63,841 bases of DNA from Antechinus flavipes. Its lineage: Eukaryota. The stretch spans positions 152,582,001 to 152,645,841 of the forward strand of contig NC_067402.1 of NCBI RefSeq assembly GCF_016432865.1. Direction: 5' to 3'. Numbering within the stretch: the stretch's first letter is position 1; each line of letters starts with the position of its first letter. Position numbers and translations under genes: made by a program. Under the pieces are notes generated by a model. The model saw only the letters and a list, made by a program, of their open reading frames with translations. It ran no database searches and was not told the origin of the DNA. This document shows, piece by piece, positions 27,301 to 41,500 of this stretch.

Positions 27301-28419
27301 TGATAAGTTGTCTCTAAAAAGATAATATAGGTGAAAATAATAGGCATCTTTAACATACATACATGCATAAACATATTATTGTCCATGGAGCAGAAATTTA
27401 AATCAAGCAGTAGGATCTTTAAAAAACATACTATCAGGATTTGCCAAGAAAAGATTATCTCTGCACTCAATATAAAAGATTTTTCAAGAATTGCATCACA
27501 ATCTTTTCCAGTCATTCACCCAGATGGTAACATTTCTAACTTTAAGTTTGAAAACAGTTAGCCTTATTCTTTCCCGACTCTTCAGGGGACAACAAATCAC
27601 CTCCTTTAAACCATAAAAAACAAAACAAAACAAAACAAACAAACAAACAAACAAACAAAACTATGGAGGGCTTCCCTTTGAACCTTTATAATAGGCTGTA
27701 TGAAGCTCTAGGATCATAGTTTTCTCTCTTCTGGAATCATCTCATACCCCAATCTTTACTAGGTAAAGCTTACTTATCTTTAAAGACTGATTTTTTTTTT
27801 TTAAAAATAAAGTTAACAAAGTTCAAAATTGTTGGTGACTTAGAATACTTTATCAAATAATGTTACACAGTTTAAATTTTGTTATAAAAGATTTCATTAA
27901 ATTATGATTTCTGACAGACAAAAAAAAAAAGGAATGATATAGAATTCTTAATTTTCTCTAGATGTCATGAGAGTCAGAAAGCTATAGGGAGGATACAATC
28001 CAAATGCTATTTTATCTTTTTTTGTTTTACTTTTTAAAAAAAAGTTGATACCATTTGACAACTCCACTCAGGATATTAATCAAGTTTGATACAGTTCATG
28101 GAAATTTTACTTGTGACAGAAGGCAAAACTTCTCAATCAACTAAATACAAAGTTAAATATTTCTATGTGTCAAGAAACATACTGAGGATCTAAAACCCAA
28201 AAGGAACCGGTCTCTTCCCTCAAGGACGTTCTGTTCTATATACAAAACAATTCGTTCTTTTTGGTGAGGGTCCATTAGCATTTAGGAGGGAGATTGAGAA
28301 GGAATAAAAATATGCCTAGTATGTATCAGGTGCTGTGCTAAGCACTCTTTATTACATTTTATCTCTTTACTACTCATGCAAGCGCATGAGAGCTTTCTGA
28401 CTCTCATGACATCTAGATT

Positions 28420-28745
28420 ATCTGGCTGTCTCCCATGTCTGGAATGCTCTCCCTTCGGCTCAAAGTATTGACCTCCCTGGCTTCCTTTAAATGATAACTA
28501 AAATCCCACTTTCTGCAGAAAGATTTCCTTACCTCTCTAAATATCAGCTTCTCCTCTCTGTTATTTATCTCTTCTTTTTCCTCTATGTAGTCTGCTTTGA
28601 ATATATTTGTTTGCACATTATCTTCCCCATAAAATGAAAAACTCTGTGAGGGAAGAGATTATCTTTTGCCACTTTTTGTAACTCTATCTAGCTCTTAGCT
28701 CAGTATTTAGCCAATAGTAGGAACTTAATAAACATTGAATGAGCA
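28420..28745 (+). mobile_element. L2 LINE 3' end
   Basis: ggaatgctctccct...ctggcttccttta...ctctgtgagggaagagat...tttgtaact..tagcacag-like...taggaacttaataaacattgaatg. Confidence 0.65.
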
Positions 28746-28832
28746 AATTTTGGAGAAACTCAGGAGAAAAGTCTTCCTTCTTTTCTCTGTGGGTTTGTAA
28801 TTTTTATTCCCATTGGTTTATTTTCCTTCCAG

Positions 28833-28883
28833 TGTGGTAATTTTAAACCCAGTATTGTATGATTACAAGATTTTCCCCCTAAG
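28833..28883 (+). other. Candidate 51-nt internal exon (coding status unknown)
   Basis: Acceptor ttattttccttccag| and donor aag|gtaagc; one open frame VVILNPVLYDYKIFPL; no partner exon established. Confidence 0.3.
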
Positions 28884-29044
28884 GTAAGCATTTTAACAAG
28901 TCAGGGACAATGTCATTTTCAAAAAAGAAAAGTGTTGGTCTCCTGAATTGTAGGTGATTTTTCATAGATATCTTCAAGGTGGGTCTATGAATTTTTAGAG
29001 TCTGATTGTCTTGCCTTTTATTCTCATGGTTTTTTATCCCTTTA

Positions 29045-29675
29045 TGTTGGAATCCTTACAAACAGCTAACTAATTAGAGTTGATATAATCTTACAAGAAG
29101 ATGTTTTGGGCAGAACCTGAAACAAGGTACTAAGTAGAACTAATTGGTACAATGCTTGTGTTTGCACCTTTACTCATTGGAGTTCACAAGTATGCCAGCT
29201 TCACAAAGTAAACTTTGTACCTTTGTGAGGTGTGAACTCACCTCCCTTGAAGCTCTTTGGGCCAGAGAGCACTATGGGAGAAAACCCATAATCCCTCTCT
29301 CTCATATCCCACAATTCCTCCCTCTTGGATAAAAGAAACAGACAGAGGCTCTCGGTCAGATTTCACCGGAATGACATGAAGAGTGGAGCTGGCTGGAGGC
29401 TGAAGAAAGCAGAGGCAGAGGCTGAAGGACCAGACCTTTGGATTTGGCGACATTTGGAGAGAGCTCTTGGAACTAAGCAGAGAGATAGGCCTCTAAGCTA
29501 ATCGGGCTAGATTGGAGATAATAAAAGATCTGAACTTTTATCACCTGGCTGTGTTTTGAGAAGAAAAAGCTCACTACATTTTGGCACCCGAACAGGGACC
29601 GACAAAATCCTGATTCCAGGGAAGGCACCCAGAGAGAACTTTTATAATATTTTAAAGAAGAACAAGAACTCATCA
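29045..29675 (+). mobile_element. ERV LTR followed by, or containing, a tRNA-Lys3 PBS
   Basis: Starts tgttggaatcc; AATAAA at 29520-29525; ...ctcactaCA at 29578, then the PBS and about 75 bp ending aactcatCA; 3' part similar to the LTR at 8157-8596. Confidence 0.8.
29582..29599 (+). promoter_or_regulatory. Primer-binding site, tRNA-Lys3 type
   Basis: tggcacccgaacagggac is 17/18 identical to the established Lys3 PBS TGGCGCCCGAACAGGGAC and lies 3 nt after a CA terminus. Confidence 0.85.
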
Positions 29676-30299
29676 TTTGAACTCCAACACTTTTAGATCT
29701 TGTTCCTTGAGTAAAACTCATTTGAACTTCATTTAACTCTTGATATTTTGCTGCCATATATTTTCAACCTTCCAATTTTCTATGTTTTTCTTTATGATGA
29801 AAGAATAGTAAGAATCATTCAGAATCATTCTCCCGGCTGACTTCTGAAGTCTCTCATTGATTCAGATGAAAGACACAGCATAATTTTAGAATAATTTCTC
29901 CCTTAGGCATCTTTTACCCAAGTATTCAGAATAATGATATTTCCTTTTTCAAAGGAAAAGTATAAGACATCATTTTCACCAGTAGTGATAGTAATACTTT
30001 CTTCTGGCAATTGTTATATATTAAATATTCATTTTTATTATTTAAATATAGGAGAGGGTGAAAATGTAAGATGCTTTGTAATATTATATTATCCATATAT
30101 ACCAGGCACTAAATCTTGCAATTATCATCTTATCCATGGACAGAGGTGCTAATGAATTGACTAGACTATTCCCCAAATCATTCATTTCTCCTAACCTTTA
30201 TTAAAGCAAATTATTTGGCAACTAATGAACCTAAGAGGTTATGGGTTATAAGAGAGCCAAGGACCATGTCTGCCATTTTAAAAAATTGTCACATTTTTT

Positions 30300-30475
30300 G
30301 TTTAAAATGATCATATGTGTATAACCTATATCACCTTGCTTACTGTATGGAAGAGGGGAGAGAGAGAAGGGAAAGAGGGAGAGGAAAAAAGTTTTTGATT
30401 CCAAATCTTACAAAAATAAATTTTGAAAACTATCTTTACATGTTATTAGAAAAATGAAATACTATTGAATAAAAA
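30300..30475 (+). mobile_element. Old L1 3' end
   Basis: tatgtgtataacctatatcaccttgctt..G-rich tract..aaaactatctttacatg..aaaatgaaatactatt. Confidence 0.65.
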
Positions 30476-31770
30476 TTGTCATATTTTTAAAGTACTATTT
30501 CCATTTTATGGCAATCATGAAATAATGTATCCATCATAAATGTAGATTACACATATAAGTAGGCTATATAGTGAAAAGTCTAATTTATCTAGTAAAAAAT
30601 ATCAATGCAGAAAATCATTTGTCAAACTAAAGAAAATTACATAAAAATTCCCCTTTTTTTCCTATTAATAAAAGACTTGAACATTTAACAATTACTATAA
30701 ACTACCTAGATTGTTTCATTTGTAGTTCACTCATTTTAAAAAATATTTTGAAATTTAGTGGTAACAAGAAAGATAACAGTATAATGTACAATCAGTTTCA
30801 AATTCTGCTCCTGAAACATACTGTTTGTGTGATCAAAAGCATATCATTTAAACTCTCAATGGTCTAGACAATTTCAAATTTATAAATTGCAGAGAATTTA
30901 CCCACTGAGAGTACCCCTATCAACTGAAAATGCTGACCCAAATGGGGTTAGGGGTGTAGTCAGACACAAGGATATTCTGGTAAAATTTTAATAACTGGCT
31001 CTCAGAAAACATATGGCATATTTTAAAATTTAATCTGCAATTGTAGCTTTTGCTCCATCACTTTATTAAGTCTCAAATGATCAGTGAAAGAATAAATCAA
31101 ATCCTGATTTGGAGTGTTTCCCATTTCCCAAGGTGTAAATATTCACACTGAAAATTTCACAGTGAACTTGTGCTGGCTCCAGCATGAAACATGCACACAT
31201 ATACACATATATACACATGCATACATACATAGATACACACATACATACACCCTGCTTCTACCATGTATGTGTTCTCATTTTACTGCTATGTTCTAGAACC
31301 AGAACATACAAGTTCATGAAATTTTGTTTGAAGGCCAAACAACAAATAAATAGATAGACAAATATAGGCATATATATAATACATATATATGTGTGTATGT
31401 TTATGTGTTCTGTAGATCTATATGCACATTCTATATTGTGCATTATATGTATGTGTGCATTATATATGTATATGTATATATATAATGTATGGATATAGAT
31501 ATATGCATGTGTGTACATATATGTGTGCAGTGGCAAAAACTGCAACAAAATGAAGGCGAGGCACAGTTTTTCTCCAAGGCAAGATAACAATTTATTAACA
31601 GTGATACATATAGGAATTAATAAAATAGGCTACTCTAAACATCCCAGCAAAAGGCCACAAACTCCAAAGAGATGAGAAAGTTATCTCCCCCCCAAAAAAA
31701 CATTTTATTAAGATGTTAAAAAAAGAAAAGTTCTGAGTAGTGAGAGAATAGTACAATCAATCCTTTTCTC

Positions 31771-31979
31771 TTGATTCATTTCAGTCATGTCTGATTCTCC
31801 ATGACCTCATTTGGAGTTATTTTGGTAAAGATATTAGAATAGCTTGCCATTTATTTTTCCAGTTTGTTTTACAGATGAGTAACTGAAGCAAACAGAGTTA
31901 AGTGACTTGTCCAGAGTCACATAGTGTGATCAGAAATCTATGTTCAGAACTCTATCCACTGTACCACCTAACTATCCCC
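31771..31979 (-). mobile_element. MAR1-type SINE
   Basis: catttcagtcatgtctgattctccatgacc...tttacagatgag..actgaagcaaacagagttaagtgactt...ctatccactgtaccaccta. Confidence 0.75.
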
Positions 31980-33849
31980 AGTTGGTCATAGCTAGGAAAG
32001 GATTGGTATTTAGGAATGAATGAACGTCCCTGTCCCTCTCTGGTAATTAAGGAATGTAAATTGTTTAATAGGAGTCAAAAACCCCTAATAATTTTTTTTC
32101 ACAAAATCAGAAATATCTTATTAATTATAACCCTAGTCAGCTTTCCTCTTGAAGACTATGTTAGAATATCTGTTATGAATTCAGTGGTCTCTATGAATTC
32201 TTGCTATAGCTTTCTTTTCTGTCTTTTACTACTACTGTATTCATTTCAGTATTTGAGAGTATTTGAAAAATTTAAGTAGTTCCCATATCAAATCATAGGC
32301 CATTTTTTGATTTGGGTTTTTATTTTTAATGAAGCCAGTCATATAGGCCAGAACAGAATATAAGACAAGGTGATACAGTTTGCCAGTATGCCCCTTTTTA
32401 AAAATTTCATAGTTCATTCCATTGTCAATTTATTGTAGTCTCTTTTGATTACTTATGTCAGCTTTACTGAATCTGCCTTTTTTGCTAGAATTTTTTTTTT
32501 TGGAATTATAGTAGGACTTAGGATAAGTCAGTTAAAAAAGTCAACTTTTTAAATTTATTCATTTATTTGACAAAAAGAATTAATGCAGAAAAATATCAGA
32601 ACAAGATAATTAAAATCATTTCTACTTTATTCTTAATAACACTCTGCTATTAAATATTCATTTTCTTTATTTCTTAATTGAAAAGGTTCTCAAATTCCAC
32701 ATAAACCTGCCCAATTGAAATCTGGAATAAATTAGCAATATTGAAAAGACAGTGTGTGGGTGTGGGTATATCTTTTTTTTTTTTTAATGTTGTCTTCAAT
32801 TGAAAACAAAGGTGTGCCAGAGACAAAATTATTCATTACTGACATTTGGAAACATGACAAAAAAGAATGGTCAGGATTAGCAAAAGTTAAAAAAGAGAGA
32901 ATGAGCCAAATTTAGACAAATGCTACTCAAGGAAACACTGAAAATAAAGTATTTTTGGCCTCTTCCATTGTCATTAGTCTTCAAATAAAAACATATGAAA
33001 AGTAAACTTTAATATTATGTGGGGTTACATAACGGTCAGCATAGAATTTATTGAAAAGCTAATTCTTCATCTAAACATGAATGTGTATGTTTAACCTTTC
33101 AGTAGACACCTTGAATTCAACATAAACTTATCATCATAACCCTCTTCCTAAAAAAAAAAAAAAAAAGGAGAGAAAAAAATACTGAATTAATTCGTGTCTC
33201 TCCTGACATATTTCTCAAAGATTCCTCTCTTGTCCCAGCATAAATCCTTAGAGTTACCTTTGACTTCTTCTTCTAAAAATTTTTTTGGCCTTCTTTCTAG
33301 ATAACTGGCAATCAAGTCTTGTTTAATCTTCTTTTATCATGTCTCCATGTCTGAACTTTTGCTTCTATCTGCTTGCTACCTTAGTAATTCCACTGGCCAG
33401 TCTGGAATGTTGCACAATTACTATTAAATAATTCCCTTGCTTTCACCCTCTTGCCTCTTCAACACATCCTCCTCACAGCTACCAGAATTATTATGCTCAT
33501 GTTAGAACTTTCCCTCTCAGATTATCTTCCAGTTAGTCTATATATCACTGGACTCTGATGCTTCTGGAAGAGAGAATGAAGAAAGTACTGTGCAATTCTA
33601 CCTCACCTAAAAACAGTTCATGCACAAATCATGATGTCACTGATCCTCTTCAAAACAAAAGACAATAAATATATCTTGTATGCCCATAATTATTTGTATG
33701 TTGTCTTCCTCGTGTGAGGGCAGAAACCATGATTTTGTCATATTTTTGTATTTCTAGGATTCAATGCAGTTCCTGATACAATTGGTGCTTAATAAATGTG
33801 CAATGACTTAATGAGATCTAAATTTCCTTATTATAACTATCTGTAATTT

Positions 33850-34430
33850 AGCCAACATCTTCATAAAGTATCTGCAAGGTTTGTGAAAGGCTTGGTTTCA
33901 TATTTTGCTAGAAATTATATATAATGTGTCTACAATATTTTTGGAACATAAAAGTTTATTTACTGTCACCAAAACAAGTGAGGTTTGTTTGGCATTTCCT
34001 ATTGTTCAAGAAGCTGTGATGACTTCTTTGCTTTTAAAATATATACAAATTACTCCTAGAATAAAACTTCTACAATTTTGCCAAGAATTGAAGTCAAGTT
34101 CACTGGTCTATAGTTTATAACTTTTGTGAACTTTTCCTCTCTTCTGAAAATTAGCACCTCTGCTGCTATACTTCTCCCATTCTCCATGAATTTTCAAAAT
34201 AGACTCAGCAATCATAGTTCTTCCAGTACTTTGACACGTAGGTTGTTCAAACTTGATAACATGTGTTTTTTTTTACAAAATGTAGAATTTAAGACTATCA
34301 GAATCAATGTAGACACCTCTATTTTTCTAAACATTCTGAAAACTATATTCTCCACAATTATGGAATATTTCAAATAATTTCTGTCCTCTCTTTTCTTTCA
34401 TAAACTTCTTTAGATAGTGATTGAAGTTGA
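33850..34430 (-). mobile_element. L3/CR1 reverse-transcriptase relic
   Basis: The minus strand reads YRPVNLTSILGKIVE (CR1 RT motif NYRPVSLTSIPGKILE), and upstream gtactggaagaact..attgctgag..tcatggagaatgggaga. Confidence 0.7.
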
Positions 34431-37129
34431 AGTTGACCTTTACTCTTTCACTTCCAAAAAAAAAAAAAAAAAAAGATTTCAATTATTTTTATTTCAGCAA
34501 CAAGTTGGTCAGAATTAGTCCCTAAAGAATAATTCCTTCTTTTTAGTTTCAAAGAGTGAAATTAGTGTTAAGGAGAGTCCAGAATTTATCAGTTACTTTA
34601 TTTTTGGCAGAAAACAGAACTCCAGGTGTTGATAATTAAAGTCCTCCATCATTACTGTGTGATGTTTTTCTTTGAGGTTCATGATCTGTTTCCTGATTTC
34701 TGCATCTATTTCTTCCTTCTGTCCAGATGGTCTGTATTTCAGTCCCCTCATAATATTTTTCTAAATCCTCTATCTATTGATTACAAATAGTCTTGTATTA
34801 TAATCATTTGTATACATCATCTGATCTACCAGACTCTAAATTTATTGAGTACAGGGAAGATGTTTTACTCATATTTATGTCTCCCATGATGGCTAAAACT
34901 GACACAATGATGTCTCAGTACTTATATGCTAAATGTATGTTGAAACAATAAAAAAAAATTGAAAAGATGCCTCATGGTTGAGGCACTTAATGGTTTATAT
35001 GAACCATTTACATTTGTGTTAAGATATAATATAAAAACTCATTCTTAATTTACAAGTTATAAAATTATATAAATGCTAATATTTATAAATTAATGTTTAA
35101 TAATATTTAATACACTTATCTAAATAGTTTCATATATTCATTGATCATTGAAAAAAGTACTAATATTTTTATAAAAATTGGAAGTTTTCCAACTATTATC
35201 TATGAATCTTATATCTAGTGAAAAAAAAAAACTTTTAGAAATCAACATAATTCCTGTATGTCATTTTCTATTTGAAATGGTAGCCAAAATATACCTTATG
35301 AACTTAACTCCTATAAAACTTTTATTTTGAGTGAAAAACTTTTATTTTGAGTGCATTAACACATATGGAAAGAGGGTGAATATTTTTCATTAAGAAGTAC
35401 AATCTCACTTTATATGAGTTCTCTATTCCACTTTTCTTTTCTACAACTTCTGCAATATTTTAGTATTGTAGTTTGAATTTGTAAAAGAAAAAAGTGCTTA
35501 TGGACTACTTAACACCACCAGGATAACAGATGGTTTTAATATGATCCAAGCACACTGGCAAGCAAGTAGTAAGAATGTTATAGTAGAAATGACCTGTAAT
35601 TCATATCATTTGATAAATTTATTTCACTATGAAAAAATTTGGACTGTTTTTAAGATTCCCTTAAGCATGAAGAGAATTTATATATCTTATTCATTTTTTA
35701 CTACTGCCTGTGGGTTTAAAAACATGTGTTAAATACTTCATCATCATTAGGAAAAAAAAAAGACATCAATTTAGTAATTTCAAAATATTCATCTTTTTGT
35801 TATAATTAAAAGAAATAATACTTTCACTTCGACAAATCTATAAGGTATATAAACTTTAACATTCACAATGTATAGGTAAGAAAAATGACTAGTTTATTGT
35901 AAATTTCCTCATAAACTTGGAATGAGAATTGGTCACTAAATGATTGACATATCAATATATTTATTATATCAAGAAGCATTTATTAAATAGCTAACTATTC
36001 AATATTCACTGTTTTTTTACTTTATATAGTAAGTGGCATAAAGATATAAAAAAAAGGCATGCTCCCTTCCTTCAGGAAACATACCATCCAAAATTGTTCT
36101 AAGTCATATGTGACAAATGATGAATGACAGAGTATTTTCATTTGGTTCACTCAGATAAATTGCCAGGAATTGGAAGTAGGTCTTGAAGAAGGGGTAGAAT
36201 TTCAGAAAATATAGAAATAGAGTCTGAGATGTATCTAATGGTTAATTAGTACTCTTCTTTGGCACTGGGCAGGACAAAGGCAGGACAAAAGGTAAATTAT
36301 ACGGTATAAGTTTGGATATAAAAGTTGCTTTTAAAATTTGTAGGTCCTTGAAACCCTAGCTAAAGAAATTGACCTTTAATTGTTAGACAAAGGAAAGACA
36401 CAGGAGCACAATGGTGAAATGGTAATTACATTGATTTCATACAGGTTTGCGTAATGTATTGGAGGATAAGAGAGAATGCAAAAATAAAAAGTACTTATGA
36501 AATGGCTGCAAGATTTTAGGAATCATTCCCTCAGCATTATTACATAAATATTATGTACCAAGAAGTCAATATACTGAAGGCGAGGGACACAAAGAATTAC
36601 GAGCCTGACCTAGTAAGGGCTTCATGTTTTAATTGAAAGTTAGAATAGAAAGTCTTTAAAGTCACTTCAGCAGAAAGTCTATGATTCTATGAGGACATTT
36701 TGATAGAGATGTTCTGGAAAGACAGAAATTGTTCATTATTTGGATGGCTCCAAGGCTACAAGTATCACTAGTGGGATCAGAGATAGCTACATCAGGAAAA
36801 GGAGCAGATATTGTGGAGAAATGTTAGAGATGGAAGAACTCTCCCTCCTTCCACTCTGTCCTTATTGATCAAGAATGTAGAGAAGGTAGAATAGGGATAT
36901 ATCATCTCTCTCACTTTACAGGTGAGAGAGCAAAGTGAGGTTAAATGTCTTTTCCAAATAAGTAGTAGGTATTAGACCAGTATGTGAACTAAGTTCTTGG
37001 GATTCCTTATTTAGTACTTTTTCTACTACAATACTATTTTTACAACTACTACTATTTTCCTACTACAATACACAAATATGCATCTCTTTGTTATAAATTC
37101 TACATATGGAAGAATGGCTGTAGGTTCTG

Positions 37130-37686
37130 CCTCCCTGATGCTACTCCATTGCTTTACTAGTGGTCTGGAGTATATGAGATATTCAGGAGAACTAGCATCT
37201 CTGGTGTGAGGGCTTGCCAAACTATTTTCAAAGCTGCTCATCCATCTTTGTCTACATGGTGCTAGATGTTCATCTGTGGTTTCAAGAAGCTGTAGCACAC
37301 GCCATGGCAGTCACACCCTGGTAAACTATCTCAGCAGATGAGTTATAACAGCTTGAGTGTGACCCACAGGCATCAGAATCATTGGATAATTAGGTGATTG
37401 TCTAGCCTGAGCATGTGAAAACTTCTATTTGCATTATAGGCAAATGGAACAATTTGTTCCAATGTCATAAAGGCAGCTGAAGCAAGTACAGTGGAATACT
37501 TAGAGCTTGCTCAAACATCAAGGACACCAAGATCATCCACTGCAAGGTCATCGCCACTCATCTTGATTTTTGTCTTGCCATTGGACTTTGATGACTATGG
37601 AAGATAGACTGCCTAAATCCAATTTACCCATGAATCAAGACATCATTCATGATATCCTCTTCAAAAATGGAAAATAAACAACTAAC
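37130..37686 (+). mobile_element. WALLSI4/RTESINE-type SINE
   Basis: gagaactagcatctctggtgtgagggcttgcc...ttagagcttg..caaacatcaaggacaccaag..catccactgc...ttgccattggactttgatgact...aaatccaattt. Confidence 0.7.
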
Positions 37687-37846
37687 GATTCAAGCTCCAG
37701 GATTGAGTCCAATATATTCATAAACATTATCATGACAGATATGATAATTATACACCTGGATAAAAGAATAAAATTTGTCAGACACTGTGCTAAAATGCTA
37801 AATTATGAAGAAAAAGCTAAGCTTAACAATCCCTACCTTGAAAACA

Positions 37847-37877
<31 letters not shown>

Positions 37878-37950
37878 CATACACACACATATTATATATG
37901 CTGTTTCCATCATTAAAATGTGAATAATTCCTTGATACAGAAGGGAGACA

Positions 37951-37957
<7 letters not shown>

Positions 37958-38020
<63 letters not shown>
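37958..38020. repeat. (GA)n microsatellite
   Basis: About 31 perfect GA units. Confidence 0.95.
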
Positions 38021-38026
<6 letters not shown>

Positions 38027-38050
38027 AGAAAGAGACAGAGACAGCAACTG

Positions 38051-38507
38051 TGTTTGTGGAATAGAGAGATAAGGTGAAGAACTTAGATTAAACACATATT
38101 GATCAGAGACTGTTAGCTAAAGTTGATCAAGCCTACAGGCCTCAGTTTCAGCTTCTCCAGAGTCACATGATTTTAGATAAGGCCTGGACTACGTTCCATT
38201 GTCCAAAGAAGGGATTATGTGGCCGAAGAAGCTGCATATCACCTTGTCTACTACCTTCCACTGACCAACTAGGGGAACAGTAGACTTATGTGACCAATCA
38301 CAACATACAGAATGTGGGATTTTGAAGGTTCTTTGTCTGAAATGTATAAAAGCTGTGAGCATTTTCAAGGCTCTGGCCCTATCCTGCTGTGAAATTTGGC
38401 TCACGGACCAGGATGGGGTCCACTTCTTGAGATTCTAATAAATAATTCTGCTTTCTATGAGTGATCTCTGTAGTAGTCAATTTGGATAGGTATTTTTGTC
38501 CCAAACA
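38051..38507 (+). mobile_element. Solo LTR
   Basis: tgtttgtgg...cccaaaca terminal inverted repeat; ccaat (38294), tataaaa (38345) and aataaa (38437) in LTR order; TSD not confirmed. Confidence 0.75.
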
Positions 38508-41500
38508 TGCGAGAGAGACAAAGAGGGACAGAGTCAGAGAGATGAGAGAGAGACAGAAAGAGATATGAGATGAGATGAGAGACATAAAAAGTAGATACAC
38601 TGAAGGGGGTGATATAAGCAATGGCCTCTATCAAAAGATGATGTTTAAACTGACTCATCATGAAAGCCAGAAATTAAAGGAGGTAGAAATAAGAAAGAAG
38701 TGCTTTCTAAGCATGAAGGTGTAATGCATGGTATTCATAAAGCAATAAAAAAAATTACTAACATTTACTGTTTCATATACTTGGTAGAGCTGATAATGCA
38801 CTAAGACAACACTCACCAATACATGAAATCCAATTTTATTAAAAATTTAGTAGCACAAAAATTAAGCCCTCTAGGAAAAAAAAAAGAAAAATTTGATTTC
38901 TAAAGGTCCTTGGAAACATCACACATCAGTGCTTTGTCTTTGTCCAGCTAGAGGCCACGTATCCTCCTACATACCCCACTTTTGCCCAGGTAGCATTCTG
39001 TCAAATCTCTGACAATCAGTTCCGTTCCTAGTGAACACAAGATGCTCATATTTCCAAAATGGGGGTGAGGGGGAGGAAAGGAAAACAGGAGTCTGTCCTG
39101 ATTGAGACCTAATGCTAGTATACTAGTAAAAGTTAATTGAAGCTTCTGCTGAGTTTTTATTTTCTTGGCTAATGGTGTTTACAAATTACTTCAAAGATCA
39201 CAAGTTACTGAAAAGTAACCTAAGTTATGATGAAAGGTAACTATCAATCAAAGCTAATATCATTTCTAGCATATATCAATTGTTTTTTTCCAGATTTGAG
39301 AGACAAATGCATCATTAATAGCTGTTTACCAAATCTAAGACAAAACATATGCCATTAGTAGTTATTTACCAAAGTTCCCAGAAATCAAGGTTTCCCAAAG
39401 CTTAGAAGAGTGTTTGGAGTATTGTAAAGATTCCATAATGCTTTATTATCTATTAATCTTATTTATTACAGTGGAGAATTTGATCAGGAGATGCATGGGA
39501 AATTAGAAAAGGTTGACAACAAGATCAACAAAATAAGGCTTTATAAAAGATATGACAATTCAAGGATTTTACATTTTTAGAATTTAATTAGTCATATGTT
39601 CTTCCAGTTTTCTTAGTTAAAAATTAAGTAGAAGAAAGCTATGTTTTTCAGTAATTTTTCAACATTAAAGAGTTTTTTTAGCAAATTAGATGTTATATGT
39701 TTGTTACTTCATTGAATAGGTATAATGATTATTTCATATATATATATACATATATATATACACATATGTATACAATTCTACACATTTTCAATTATATAAT
39801 TCAATTTTTTCAAACAAGATTTTTCTATGATTCATTATTATAAGCAAATTGTATTAAGCAAAATTGGATAATGAATAAATTTCATGACATGTGAAATAGT
39901 AATAAGCAACTCTTTACAAAACCAGCAGATGGCACATGTTAGCTAGGAATAAGAAAGGATTTGTTAAAGAAAATAATCAGCAATAAACATTTAACTGGCA
40001 TCTTGCAGCCTCCTCTTTATGAATCATTGGTCTTCCATACACAACCAGTCTTTGTTCCTTAACACAAATTTTCAACTAACGGAAGAAAGATGAGGCAGAA
40101 AGGCCAATAAAGCAACTAGGTTTCATAAAAATTAAATCAAATAAATAATACGCAAAGATGCATTATATTTCCAGATTGTATAATCACCAGAAAGAAAGGA
40201 TACTCTTTTTGGAAAAAAAATTATATAACTCTGTTGAATATAATTTAGTCTAATTTCTCTCCCCCTCCAACATACTTTAGTACTGCTGGGTCTATGCTAA
40301 TAGAGTTAAGTGAATGATTGAGTCAGTTCTATCCAAATATTTTTATCCTTGTACTAGAGATGAAAAGTAGAGGATAGTAGATGAAAATATAGTAGATTTC
40401 AAGTCTTGTCAACAGCTTTTGTGTGGACACAGACAAGAGATAAAATGGCAGATTAGGGAAATTCAATTACATGAGAGGTGTTCTAAGTATCTTATTTATG
40501 CTCAAATTAACTGAAATAATATTGGCATTAATTATTTATATAGTTTCTGCCTTTGGTTAAAGACATTATCTTCAGAAGAACACTGTTAAAACATATATCA
40601 CCTAAGGGTCATCTCTCATTTATAATGAATATAAAAAAATACTAATGATTAATTTATCAAATTAGCTAGCTGTCACCTAGATGACTCCAGGGTCCTGAGG
40701 GAATGAGACACAAGGGATATAGGATTTTAGGAAGGGATATAGCAGACAAAGTTCACATCATTTGGCATTGCTCTTAAAGTATAGGGATGGATAAGGTTTG
40801 GCAGTGTAGACTGTAAACTAGGGATGGTAGGAAATTACACCCAATTGATGGAAGGGATATTGAAGATACATTTTTAGTATTTGATAATCCTATCACAAGA
40901 TCTTCACTATTGTTTTAGTTGATTAGTTCTGTCTGATTCTTCATAACTTCATTTAGAAGTTCCTGAAAAATAAATGGCTGCTATTTCCTTCTCCAGAAGA
41001 TAAGACAAATAGATAAAAAATTTGTCCAAGATTATACAGTTAGTAAATATCTGAAAAAGAATTTGAATACAGATCCTCCTGACTCCAGGGCCAGTGCTGT
41101 ATCTACTGCACCATTTCTTGTTCCTCATTGTTTTTAATTGTTTATCTACTATAAATACAAATTTAAGTACAATTAACATTTATTAAGAATTTACTTTGAA
41201 TCAAAACTAGATATTAGAAAAGATAAAACATATAAGTTATGGCATCTATGACAACTAATATCCAAGTTATTGATAAAAATGTTAAACAGTACAAATCTTA
41301 GGAATACTTCACTAGAGTATGTCTTCCAAGCTGATAATGAATTTGTAACTATTCCTCATATCAAATGGTTCAGCTAATTATGAATCTAACTACTCTGTTA
41401 TCATTATAATCTAAAGGTACATCAATTTAGTATCATTTTGCAAGGAACTTAAATCAAGTTCACTTGCCTATATTTTGTACACTCAATTCTTTTTTCAGTT

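Noticed and set aside
31258-31590. 110-aa ORF
   Set aside because: Translated TA/CA/TG low-complexity sequence.
35315-35353. 20-bp tandem duplication aaaacttttattttgagtg
   Set aside because: Two copies only; ordinary slippage.
39130-39580. Plus-strand exon pair (..NLSYDE|SGEFDQEMHGK..)
   Set aside because: Each piece has only one good splice site and the peptide is unrecognisable.
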